Positions 29,159 to 38,182 of a stretch of DNA of 64,000 nucleotides are shown here, in pieces; positions within the stretch are counted from its first letter, which is position 1; each line of letters opens with the position of its first letter. The notes beneath the pieces were generated by a model, which saw only the letters and a program-made list of their open reading frames with translations, was not told where the DNA came from and did not search any database. Location of the stretch: IMG/VR virus record IMGVR_UViG_2910441116_000002, positions 12,489 through 76,488 of that record; one strand, given 5' to 3'. Origin of the DNA: a virus (taxonomy: Duplodnaviria; Caudoviricetes). The translations under genes were made by a program, and so were the position numbers.

Positions 29159-29554
29159 TTACCCGCTACCTTTCCGTCTGTACAACGGAAGATAAAATAG
29201 CTTCTCGCGGCCTGCGTGGTATTCTTTCTTCGTCTCCATCAGGCCCTCTGCGCGAAGGATCTCGGTAAGCCGCGTATATCTGTTCCGTTTGATGCCTGTA
29301 TCACACTCGATCTGCGTCTGATTCGGAAACGCCCACATATATCGTTCGCCACCGCTCTCACCGTTCACATACGCCTGTAGATAGCCGTATAAGATTACGC
29401 AAGCCTGCGCTGTCCTGGCGTCGTACTTCTCTTTTATCTCCGGTAATATTTCGCGATACAGGACGTGCGGCGTAACCGCGTAGCCTCCTTCGCGTAATAC
29501 CTCCGCCTTTTCTTGGGCGGCTTTTTGCGCTAATTGCCGGTAGTTCTCTTCCAT
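29159..29554 (-). CDS. wHTH protein resembling a replication-initiator N-terminal domain
   Basis: GYAVTPH, LYGYL, WAFPNQTQI..DTGI..L...GLM. Confidence 0.75.
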   Translation of the reverse strand: MEENYRQLAQKAAQEKAEVLREGGYAVTPHVLYREILPEIKEKYDARTAQACVILYGYLQAYVNGESGGERYMWAFPNQTQIECDTGIKRNRYTRLTEILRAEGLMETKKEYHAGREKLFYLPLYRRKGSG

Positions 29555-29625
29555 ATCTTATTCCTCCGTTACTGTTGTCGTAATATACTGTCGAGGGCCA
29601 ACTGGCCGTTAATTTAAGGTTGTGC

Positions 29626-29802
29626 TTAACTTTTCTCACGCTTCCACTCGGAAAGCACGCCGGTTAACTTGTCCGTTTGCTTAAAGAGCCAGAATTTCTT
29701 TCCGGTTTTCTCGTTTAATCCAACGCAAATAAAACGCTCGCCTTCGTTCAGCAAGCGCCCTTTTAAGCGCGGAGAGTAACAATAGAAATACTGTTCGTTC
29801 AT
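29626..29802 (-). CDS. 58-aa DUF5659-like protein, not in ORF track
   Basis: MNEQYFYCYSPRLKGRL...KFWLFKQTDKL; GGAGG RBS. Confidence 0.55.
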   Translation of the reverse strand: MNEQYFYCYSPRLKGRLLNEGERFICVGLNEKTGKKFWLFKQTDKLTGVLSEWKREKS

Positions 29803-29968
29803 TCGTAATCCCTCCGTTTACTATTTATGCGAACTCCCGATCACTTCAACCGCTTGCATAACGTCGACTGTCTCGTACGCCTTATCGACCATTTCGGCTG
29901 TCACGCCGTAATATGTGCCGAGTGTTTTGTCGTCCAATTCGTCTATGATTCGGATATCGTACGTCGTA

Positions 29969-30547
29969 TTAATCGTGATTCACCACGATCCTAGCCGGAC
30001 CACTCGTACGGAATGCCCGCTCTTGCCCGTCGAAAGCGTCCGCGTAATGGACGACAATATCTCCGTGAGCTGCACGCTCTTCATCGACGCCTTCTCGCTG
30101 CGCTAATTCGTCCGCTAACTCTGCGGTTGAGTACCGGCTTATGTCACGCGCCTTTTGCCAAAAGTACTCCGCAGTACCTGGCGGTTTTGTTTCGCTCGTC
30201 AGAACCTCGAGCGCGCGTTTGTAATCGCTCAAGTCCGTAGCTTTACCCGCCTCTTCAACGTCCTTTAACGCCCTCGCAGCCGCTTTTGCTTCGCGCTGTA
30301 CCGCTTTGAGTCCGGTTAGGGCCTCGGAGCAATCGAGGTCCACCGTAAGCTCTCCGACTGATTTCCGCTTTGACTCCGGAGGCTCGGTCGATAGGAGGTG
30401 CGTATAGTAGTACGTTCCGTCCGATAGCCAGACGTTATAGTCGCCTTCTTGCGCGAGTATTCGATTACCTTCTCGTTTAAGTACCTTAAGTAATTCTCTT
30501 CCGCCTCTTCGTACGACAAATCCGCGCGCATTGTTTTCTGCCGCCAT
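29969..30547 (-). CDS. Hypothetical phage protein
   Basis: RBS; STAELADELAQREGV motif. Confidence 0.55.
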   Translation of the reverse strand: MAAENNARGFVVRRGGRELLKVLKREGNRILAQEGDYNVWLSDGTYYYTHLLSTEPPESKRKSVGELTVDLDCSEALTGLKAVQREAKAAARALKDVEEAGKATDLSDYKRALEVLTSETKPPGTAEYFWQKARDISRYSTAELADELAQREGVDEERAAHGDIVVHYADAFDGQERAFRTSGPARIVVNHD

Positions 30548-30674
30548 TTTCGTCAGCTCCTTTTCGCCTTTCGGCTCGATTTAATTCGTCAAATTTTCGC
30601 AAAGGAAAACGCCGGCCGTTAAGCCCGCGTAATTTTACCTAAATTTCCCTTACATTCTTTAATACCCAACGTTT

Positions 30675-31457
30675 TTAGGGTAAATACAGGGTTTCTCCGA
30701 AAAATTCCTTTAAATCTTCTTCGTTTGTCCGGTATTTTCCGTATATTCCGTGGAACTCGTAGTGGCATGGCTCGCACAATGTAACGCCGTTGTCGGTATC
30801 CATCCGTAATTCCGGATAGTCTGCGTAGTTATGAATATGATGGGCGTGCATTATTCCGGCCCTGCGGTCACACATCGGATTTTGGCATCGGTATCTATCG
30901 CGCTCTTTAACCGTAGCCGCCCATTGCTGAACGCCGTCTCCTCTGCCTTCGCTATTCTTTCGCTTATCAATCGGCGAAGAAGGGTCGGTAAAATACGTAG
31001 TAACAGGCTGTTCCTCGTTTATTTGGTCGTATTCATCGACTTCCTTAGTTACCTGCGCCTTTAATGTTACCTTATTACATTCCGGGTACATGCTAATATC
31101 CTCTCTCATAATAAGTAACTTATCGATTTCTTCCTTATGAAATGGAACCTCATAACGTTTTGATTCATTTCTTTTATTACCGCCGTTCTTTCTCCGATTC
31201 AATTGAGATTCACTAAGAATAGGGTATTCTTCACGTTTCATTTTACCAGGACTAGAGTTAGACAACGTTTCGTGCAATAGTGCGTCCGCCATCTTCTCAA
31301 GGAAATAATCAGCCGGATAATCTCCGTGGTCGTCGTAGTATTGCTCACACATCTCGTGAGATAAAAATCCTCGGCTTTCCGGAGGTTCTTCGTGAAGGTG
31401 CTTAACAGCTTTTCGAAATGAAACGTCGTAATCATTCCTCTTCTTTAATGACAACAT
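30675..31457 (-). CDS. HNH endonuclease with N-terminal domain paralogous to the upstream gene
   Basis: VKERDRYRCQ..C...HAHHI...NGVTLCEPCH..FH. Confidence 0.85.
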   Translation of the reverse strand: MLSLKKRNDYDVSFRKAVKHLHEEPPESRGFLSHEMCEQYYDDHGDYPADYFLEKMADALLHETLSNSSPGKMKREEYPILSESQLNRRKNGGNKRNESKRYEVPFHKEEIDKLLIMREDISMYPECNKVTLKAQVTKEVDEYDQINEEQPVTTYFTDPSSPIDKRKNSEGRGDGVQQWAATVKERDRYRCQNPMCDRRAGIMHAHHIHNYADYPELRMDTDNGVTLCEPCHYEFHGIYGKYRTNEEDLKEFFGETLYLP

Positions 31458-31953
31458 TAAGCACCCCTTCCGTCCTACCTTTAATAAAGTCGTTATACCG
31501 TTTTCTCATCGCTTTGTTATGCGCTTTATGTCTACGATCCATAAAAGAATTTTCGTATTTAGTACGTTGCCTACGTGTTCCCCTCGATACCCTCTCGGAC
31601 TCCTTGTCGATAGCGGTGTCTTTCGTGTCCTTAGACGTCCTTTTATCTATCATCCGGTCGCTCATAAACGGATACTCCGCGTTGGCTATTTTATACGCGG
31701 TTGGATCACGTAATTCTTCGTCTAGCATCAAGTCGGATAGTTGATCGAGGAGTTTTTCGTCTCTCATTCGTACATCTATCGGAGTTTTATCCGGATTTAG
31801 GCTGTCGATATGTTCCGCGTGTGCTAGCGCATATTCCTGCGTAGCCCTGTCGATAAGTACCGCTCTTTCCTCTCGAGTAAGTAATCCCGATTTTGTGTCG
31901 TGTTTTATTTTCGTTAATTGTTCGTTTAGTTTTTCGTTGTAATTTGCCGTCAT
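31432..31953 (-). CDS. Conserved phage protein next to the late regulator
   Basis: LDQLSDLMLDEELRD...EYPFMSD. Confidence 0.65.
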   Translation of the reverse strand: MTANYNEKLNEQLTKIKHDTKSGLLTREERAVLIDRATQEYALAHAEHIDSLNPDKTPIDVRMRDEKLLDQLSDLMLDEELRDPTAYKIANAEYPFMSDRMIDKRTSKDTKDTAIDKESERVSRGTRRQRTKYENSFMDRRHKAHNKAMRKRYNDFIKGRTEGVLNVVIKEEE

Positions 31954-32297
31954 TACTCCGCCTCCAATTCGTCTTTTGCGTCCTTGTGCCCCCATTGCTC
32001 GTACACTTCCGCAATCTTATCAACCGCACGCTCGTACGTTTCAATCACCGTCTGCTGACTCACGCCCATCCGCTCACCTGCGGCAACCTGCGTCATGTCC
32101 TCCTCGTAAATGTAGCGAAGCGCCTCCGCCTGCCTACCGGTTAGCTTCGCTTTCTCAACCGCCCGCTCAAGATCGAGGAGTATGTCGGTTGCCTCGAAAT
32201 CGCCCGCGTACTTTTTCGCCTGGAAGGCCGGGTAGTTGCGGAGGAGGCGTTTCGTCTTTTGCGTATAGTCTTCCGTTTCTTCGCTATTGTCCGTCAT
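31953..32297 (-). CDS. Sigma-70 region-4-like HTH, probable late-gene activator
   Basis: LTGRQAEALRYIYEEDMTQVAAGERMGVSQQTV. Confidence 0.75.
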   Translation of the reverse strand: MTDNSEETEDYTQKTKRLLRNYPAFQAKKYAGDFEATDILLDLERAVEKAKLTGRQAEALRYIYEEDMTQVAAGERMGVSQQTVIETYERAVDKIAEVYEQWGHKDAKDELEAE

Positions 32298-32412
32298 TTA
32301 ATCGCTCCTCTTACGTATATTTCGCTTGACTTTCGGGTAAACTCGTAGTAACATGTCGTTAGATATTCGCTGTATTAACGTAAACAGACCGGCTATGAAA
32401 GGATTGAATACG

Positions 32413-32769
32413 ATGCCATTCGAATGGATCTCGAACGATGCGCCCGCTTTCGTCACACTCGACCGCGAGCGGCGCTTTTATTTCAACGCGACCACGCAAC
32501 GCCAGCTGGGTCTCCGACCGTACGACGCCGTATACATCGCCTACGACTCCGATCAAAAATTGCTTGCGGTGGCCTCGGCGGAAACGTCGGAGCAATCGGG
32601 GTTGAGTCCGTATCCGCTCGACAAACGGTGCTACGCCTCCGCCCGGCAATTCGTGAAATATTACGCATTTGCCGCAGGACAGGCGCCACACAAGTTCGAG
32701 TATATCGGAAAGGGCGTAAAGGGCGCTCCGAAGAATGCGTTTATCTTCCGCCTGGTGCAGGGCGCTTAA
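32413..32769 (+). CDS. Counter-oriented moron, possible AbrB-like fold
   Basis: VTLDRERRFYFN....LGL...D.V.I.YD; own promoter (TTGACT at 32326) and terminator (32761-32796). Confidence 0.6.
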   Translation: MPFEWISNDAPAFVTLDRERRFYFNATTQRQLGLRPYDAVYIAYDSDQKLLAVASAETSEQSGLSPYPLDKRCYASARQFVKYYAFAAGQAPHKFEYIGKGVKGAPKNAFIFRLVQGA

Positions 32770-32799
32770 CTTTCGTCGGTTAGGCGTCTTTTTTTTGCG

Positions 32800-33573
32800 T
32801 TATACTTTCGCTAATCTTCCGCGGGCGATTTCGTTATAATCCTCGGAACAATCGATATGAATGTACTGGCGGTTATTTAGCGCGGCCATCTTCGCTGTAG
32901 TTCCGGATCCGCCGAACGGATCTAGTACGACGTCACCTTCGTTTGACCACGTAATTATATGATCGTTCGCTAGTTTTTCCGGGAAAATTGCCGGGTGTTT
33001 GTACGCCTCTTTGTCCGTTGTTGACTTATTACATCCGGTAGATATACGCCAGATATTATTCCTCACGCCGAGCGGTTGGAGTAAGTTCTGCTTATTGTGT
33101 CGCTTTGTTTGCCCGTCTGCTGTACGATAATTACCTTTTATATGCTTACGTCCATTCGCGTGCTTATTCGGACGGTCTTTGATAAGATTAATCGTTTTTG
33201 GACGGCTTTTACTAAATACGAACATATACTCGAATATTTGATTGTACCTTGTTTTATCCGGAAAACTGAGGCTATCCTTCTCATAAATCATCGTATCGTG
33301 CAAACGGAAACCGGCGTCTATGAATTTTAAGGCTTGGCGGAAAGACATTCCACTTTCGGATCCTTTGACTGTCTTATCTCCGACCACCCAAACAACCACT
33401 CCACCTTCTTTTGTAACTCGGTATAGCTCACTGACCAACCCGTCGAAATCTAATGAAAAGCCGTTGTACTTACGTAAGTCTTCGTATGGAGGGCTAGTAA
33501 CCGTAAGGTCGACGTATCCACCCTTCATTGTCCGCAGTACATCAACGTTATTACCCGTTATAATCTCGCTCAT
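32800..33573 (-). CDS. DNA methyltransferase, beta class (probably N4-cytosine)
   Basis: VTSPPY, HPAIFP, VLDPFGGSGTT. Confidence 0.9.
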   Translation of the reverse strand: MSEIITGNNVDVLRTMKGGYVDLTVTSPPYEDLRKYNGFSLDFDGLVSELYRVTKEGGVVVWVVGDKTVKGSESGMSFRQALKFIDAGFRLHDTMIYEKDSLSFPDKTRYNQIFEYMFVFSKSRPKTINLIKDRPNKHANGRKHIKGNYRTADGQTKRHNKQNLLQPLGVRNNIWRISTGCNKSTTDKEAYKHPAIFPEKLANDHIITWSNEGDVVLDPFGGSGTTAKMAALNNRQYIHIDCSEDYNEIARGRLAKV

Positions 33574-34019
33574 TCATCGCCCTCCTTCGGATTTTCCTTC
33601 CTCTCTAAATATTCCGTAGCAAACTCGATATATTTCGTTGCCTTGGCAAGGTCTTCACTCGGCTCAGCGTGCTTGTACGGCGCGCGGGCCAAATATTTCA
33701 GCGCGTTTCCTACGCACATTCCAACGAAACCATCGTCGTAACCCTGCGTGATTTCCTCGATAATTTCGATCGTTTCGAATTTTGACCGGGTATAGTGCGA
33801 AGGTTGCGAAACTACGTCGGGGGTTCCCGGTTGTCCGTATTCGATTATTCCGCAATGCTCCTCGTAGACAAACGCCGCCTCGCCTTCGCGTTTATTCATT
33901 TCGTGCTTTACGAAAAACCCGAACTTGTCTCCGTGGAGCGAACGCTCTTTTCCTCCGATTGTCTCGTAAATTTCGCCTTCTTTATAAAAACCGAAAGATT
34001 CCGTAATCCTAATCTCCAT
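33570..34019 (-). CDS. DUF3310 protein
   Basis: VSQPSHY...ETIEII...GNALKYLARA..K..EDLAKA. Confidence 0.85.
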   Translation of the reverse strand: MEIRITESFGFYKEGEIYETIGGKERSLHGDKFGFFVKHEMNKREGEAAFVYEEHCGIIEYGQPGTPDVVSQPSHYTRSKFETIEIIEEITQGYDDGFVGMCVGNALKYLARAPYKHAEPSEDLAKATKYIEFATEYLERKENPKEGDE

Positions 34020-34020
34020 C

Positions 34021-34836
34021 CTATACGCACCCACCTTTTCGGAAATATTCGGCCTTCGCCGCGTCGAACTTCCGTTTGCTCTCCGCCTGCTCCTTCGCGA
34101 CTGCCTCCGCTAAGGATTCCGGCTGCGTTCGTTCATCGAGCGTAATAATGTCCTTCGAATTATCCTCGGACAAATCCCGCGCATGTTTCGCCTGATACTT
34201 CGCTTGTTCGGCCACTTGCGCGAACGTCTGCAGGTCGCGGCGAATTGCGTCATTTTCGTCGTTATAGTTGTCAATTACGCGTACTTTCTGCTCAAGCTCC
34301 GCCACTCGCCGGACTAAATTTGCGAAGAGCTGTTCGGGGCTGGCTGGCGCGGAGGATTGCGGCGGGGATTGCGCCGGCTCAATCGGCTCGAGTACGGTAT
34401 ACTCATCCGTCCGGCAATACGGGTATATTCCTCCAATTCCGTCGACAGGCGTACTACTTACGAAATCTCCGAAGGATTTAACCTCCGTTACTTCGAGAAT
34501 TCTTCCGCGATGGTTTGGGTGCGTAATGATAATCCGCTCACCTACGTCCGCCTTCCGGTCGGTTAAAGCGTAGGTTTCTCCGGGGCTTCCGTCCGGTTTA
34601 GGGACGCGCACGTTGCCGGTCGGGGCGAGTTTTCTCATACGTGATTTATCGAAATAAAAAATTCCGTTAAGTTGATATTCAAGTGCGGTAACGTAAGTAA
34701 CTTTGCTGACGGGGCCTTCTAGTGGATCGTAAACGTAATCGCCTACGCTCGCTTCTCCGCCAACCTCCGCGTACTCCCGCTCAACCTTCAGCTCATCGTC
34801 GTAAATGTAATGCTTCTTCGTCATATTTTCGTCCAC
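34021..34836 (-). CDS. Hypothetical phage protein (SH3-like repeats plus coiled coil)
   Basis: RKADVGERIIIT, EYTVLEP. Confidence 0.6.
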   Translation of the reverse strand: MDENMTKKHYIYDDELKVEREYAEVGGEASVGDYVYDPLEGPVSKVTYVTALEYQLNGIFYFDKSRMRKLAPTGNVRVPKPDGSPGETYALTDRKADVGERIIITHPNHRGRILEVTEVKSFGDFVSSTPVDGIGGIYPYCRTDEYTVLEPIEPAQSPPQSSAPASPEQLFANLVRRVAELEQKVRVIDNYNDENDAIRRDLQTFAQVAEQAKYQAKHARDLSEDNSKDIITLDERTQPESLAEAVAKEQAESKRKFDAAKAEYFRKGGCV

Positions 34837-34842
34837 CTTTCG

Positions 34843-35340
34843 TTATTTTAGCACCGTAACCTCCACGTCCTGCCTTCCGAAGTCTAGTGCATCCTGTTTA
34901 TCCGCCATTAAGACGTCTATACGTTCGCCCCGAATTGCGCCGCCTGTGTCCGCGGCTATACCTTTAATCACGCGACCGCCTCCCGTTTCAATCCGTAACT
35001 CGCTACCTAGCGGAATCTCAGCCGGATCTACCGCAATTACGCGCCGTCCGTCGTGTTTGACCGTATTGCTTACGTCGATTCCCGTCGCGGTTACGCCTAT
35101 GCAACCGGAATCACAAAAGGCTGTGTACGCCGTGGCTTCGAACGTTTGCGCGGGAGTTACATCGTTGTTACCGCTGTTACCACCAGAACCTGCGCCATTA
35201 GCGTCAGGATTATCGCTAGTAGTAACGTGAGTATCCGTAGCCTCAACCTCGGCTTGCTCCGCTTGTTCCGCCGGTAATTCCGCCTCATCCGGTTGTCCGA
35301 CGAGCATGAGCGCGGTGAGCACGGGGAGAAAGGGCGTCAT
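34843..35340 (-). CDS. 3D-domain (MltA-like) cell-wall-active protein
   Basis: FEATAY, TATG, IAVDP..IPLGS, ADTGGAIRGERIDV, FGRQ. Confidence 0.9.
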   Translation of the reverse strand: MTPFLPVLTALMLVGQPDEAELPAEQAEQAEVEATDTHVTTSDNPDANGAGSGGNSGNNDVTPAQTFEATAYTAFCDSGCIGVTATGIDVSNTVKHDGRRVIAVDPAEIPLGSELRIETGGGRVIKGIAADTGGAIRGERIDVLMADKQDALDFGRQDVEVTVLK

Positions 35341-36170
35341 TGCGTGGCCCCTTCGAAAAACTGCTCCGTCCACGGCTCGACTTCCGTCACGGCTGCTCGA
35401 ACTGATTCCGCCAAGTCCGCAATTTCCGACTGTGCTCCGTTGCCTTTACGCCGTTTTGCGTAAAAGGACAGCAACGCGGTAAGGTTAGCCGTCATTACGA
35501 GATTACATGCGGTGGCGTTCGGCAATACGGCGCGGGCATCTTCCGGAGGTACGCCGGCTTCTCGAAGCCAATCGTAGTAGAATTGCGCTTCTTCCATCGC
35601 AGATTCAAATATATCTTCCGCGGACGTTTCCGTATCTAACCGCGCCATTGATTCGCTCTTAAAATTCGGCTTATACGTCTTATGCCTCGTTTTCTCCGGT
35701 ACAACGTAATTCATTCCGCCTGATTTATTCTCGCTCCCGAGCTTGACGTACCTTTGCGACTGTACGCTGAAAGAGAAACCGACTCTATGGCGAGTCAGTT
35801 GAGCCAACAACGCCCGACTCACGCCTTCAATAGCGAAGGTGAACGATATATGCTCGAGGGTGCTAGTATGACCGCTCTTTACGATATGGCGGAACAAACG
35901 GTCAGCGTCCGATCCTTTTCCGCCGTCTGACGCCTGTTTGCCGAAGTATTTTCCGCCTTCTTTCGGAATAACCTCCGTCGGTTTGTTCGGGGAATAACAC
36001 GTACGGATGGCGGTAAGTGCGACCGCTTGGCCGTCGGAAGCTCCGAGTATCTGCAAGTCTGTGTCAATTTCATCTAACTTACCGCTCAAATACGAATGGA
36101 AATCGTCGCTCAGTTGCGTATGTGCCATTAATGTTACATTCATCGTAGTTTCCGCCAAGCTATCGCTCAT
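35337..36170 (-). CDS. thyX: Flavin-dependent thymidylate synthase
   Basis: GHTSTLEH, QLTRHRVGFSFSVQSQRY, EDARAVLP, AQSEI. Confidence 0.95.
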   Translation of the reverse strand: MSDSLAETTMNVTLMAHTQLSDDFHSYLSGKLDEIDTDLQILGASDGQAVALTAIRTCYSPNKPTEVIPKEGGKYFGKQASDGGKGSDADRLFRHIVKSGHTSTLEHISFTFAIEGVSRALLAQLTRHRVGFSFSVQSQRYVKLGSENKSGGMNYVVPEKTRHKTYKPNFKSESMARLDTETSAEDIFESAMEEAQFYYDWLREAGVPPEDARAVLPNATACNLVMTANLTALLSFYAKRRKGNGAQSEIADLAESVRAAVTEVEPWTEQFFEGATQ

Positions 36171-36172
36171 AG

Positions 36173-36895
36173 TCAATCGTCCTCCCTTTCGAATTTGTCC
36201 GCGAGTTCTTCGTCCGGCCAATTGTCCTCGGATTCCTCCGTATTCCTTACGCCCGAGCTTCCGTAGCCACCTTCGCCTCTATCCGACTCATCCAACGTAT
36301 CAACTTCGACGAACGTTGCGGAAGCAACCGGCGCGAGGATGGCTTGGGCTATGCGTTCTCCTTTGCGGATATGGTACGAACAATCTACCTCGTCATCCTT
36401 CGCCATCCTAGAGCTTATTCCGTCCGTATATAGCACGATATCTTCCGTCGTAGGGAAATCGTGATCCTGCGCCACATTATCCATAATCACGCCGACCTCT
36501 CCCTTAAAGCCAAAATCCACCGTACCTGGCGCGTTTGCTACGCGAAGTTTCGTCCTCGCAGAAATGCCGGAACGCGGCCGGATTTGCCATTCGTAACCCG
36601 CCGGAAGCTCGACGGATATCCCCGTTTTAATGACGGCGGTATCTCCAGGTTCAATCACCGTATCTTCTACCGCGTACAAGTCCGCGCCGGCGTCGCCTTC
36701 GTGGGCGTACGTTGGGATGATGGCGTCCGGGTGTAACTTGCGTATTTTGACGCGTTGCTTGCTCGGCGGGTTTAATAGCGCGCGTGCCTCCGCCAACCTT
36801 AACGAATAGTCATCGTCCATTTTCGGAGAGCCTAAGTCCATGTCCGCTAAAAAGCGCGCTAATGCTTCGGCAGATTTCGTTTGTCGTCCGCTCAT
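36173..36895 (-). CDS. dut: Trimeric dUTPase
   Basis: AGADL, RPRSG, GTVD..FKGE, RIAQ, RGEGGYGSSG. Confidence 0.93.
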   Translation of the reverse strand: MSGRQTKSAEALARFLADMDLGSPKMDDDYSLRLAEARALLNPPSKQRVKIRKLHPDAIIPTYAHEGDAGADLYAVEDTVIEPGDTAVIKTGISVELPAGYEWQIRPRSGISARTKLRVANAPGTVDFGFKGEVGVIMDNVAQDHDFPTTEDIVLYTDGISSRMAKDDEVDCSYHIRKGERIAQAILAPVASATFVEVDTLDESDRGEGGYGSSGVRNTEESEDNWPDEELADKFEREDD

Positions 36896-37087
36896 TTAAT
36901 CGTCTCCTTTCCGTTCGTTCCATTTCATCGCTAATACCCGGGCATTGTCCGTCGTAATATGAAGGAACGTGCTCGGCTGGAATGCGCACTTTCTATTCGC
37001 GCATTCAATGACCGGCTCATCTAACGTCCACCTCATCGCGGGAGGTTTTCCGCAGAACGGACACGGCTTTAATGCCGGAATAGTCAT
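36896..37087 (-). CDS. Lar-family (restriction alleviation-like) zinc finger
   Basis: LKPCPFCG...C...C...WNER. Confidence 0.7.
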   Translation of the reverse strand: MTIPALKPCPFCGKPPAMRWTLDEPVIECANRKCAFQPSTFLHITTDNARVLAMKWNERKGDD

Positions 37088-37441
37088 CGTACGTCCTCCC
37101 CGTGTTCCCACAACACGCCGTCTGCCGCGAAGTAAAATCCGTTGCGTTCCGCGATTTCCTCGACCTCCGCAAAGTCCGGTTCCTCCGGGGAAGATAGATA
37201 CCGGAGGAGGTTGGCGAAGTCTTGGCGGGAAAGGTTGGTCTTTCGTACGTTTGTTTGCGTCATATTATCGTCTCCTTTTCGTTAAAATCGTCCTCACATA
37301 CGCGCTTGATTCGGTGGCCGTGGATGTCCGGCTCATCTAGCGTAATCTGATACGGGTAAACTTCACTCGGAATATAGTCGGTGATTTCCGCCCAGCCTTC
37401 GAATAAGAACGTTGATACGTAAACTCTTTTCGCCCCTCCGC

Positions 37442-38089
37442 TCACCACTCGAGCAAGTCCGCCTTCGTCGCTAGTTCACCTCGGAAGTTGTGCGTTAATC
37501 CGACGACCTTTGCGTACGGCTCATTTCGGAAATGTTCGAGGTAAGGAACGAAGCCACTCTTCGCCGGATTCGGAAGGTCGCATTGTTTGTCGTGTCCGAT
37601 CATAATAACCTTCGTCGATGAATGTACGCGGGTTAAAACCTTCTTCAAGTCTCCGCGCGTAAAATTCGCAGCTTCGTCGATTACCAACGTCGAGTCCTTG
37701 ATATTCGACCCGCGCATGAATACGTGCGACTTCGCCGTAATCCACGTCTGCCGGTTGATGAGCTCCGGATTTTCTTCGCGGTAAATTGAAAATCGCGGAT
37801 CTTCGCCTATTTCCGAAAGCGCATCGTACAATGGCGTCAGATACTTCGACTCCTTCTCCTCGAGCGAGCCGGGCGTTGCGCCGAGCTTTTGCTCCTCGAC
37901 CGGGCTGAACGTGTATACTAACGGCTTTCCGAGGATTTTCGCCGCGCCGATGGCGAGCGTCGTTTTTCCGCTGCCCGCACCGGCGTTGACGATCGTAAGT
38001 TGATTATCGAAAATGGAATCGACGTAAATCCGTTGCTCGTCCGTCAGGTTGAGTCCGTAAAACAATTCGGCTGATTCCGGAAGTCCCAT
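37442..38089 (-). CDS. phoH: PhoH-family ATPase
   Basis: AGSGKT, LGATPGSLEEK, FMRGSNI, IDEA, GHDKQCD. Confidence 0.9.
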   Translation of the reverse strand: MGLPESAELFYGLNLTDEQRIYVDSIFDNQLTIVNAGAGSGKTTLAIGAAKILGKPLVYTFSPVEEQKLGATPGSLEEKESKYLTPLYDALSEIGEDPRFSIYREENPELINRQTWITAKSHVFMRGSNIKDSTLVIDEAANFTRGDLKKVLTRVHSSTKVIMIGHDKQCDLPNPAKSGFVPYLEHFRNEPYAKVVGLTHNFRGELATKADLLEW

Positions 38090-38127
38090 TCTATTCCGCC
38101 TCCTTTATATTTGCGTGCCTTTCGTCT

Positions 38128-38165
38128 TTCTACGTGTTATAGGCGTAAAACGCGAGAATCGTGCC
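38128..38165 (-). promoter_or_regulatory. Candidate phage-sigma promoter (copy before phoH)
   Basis: GGCACGA-N16-CTATAACACGTAGAA, matching copies at 62769 and 51499. Confidence 0.6.
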
Positions 38166-38182
38166 GGTTATAGTCCGCATTT

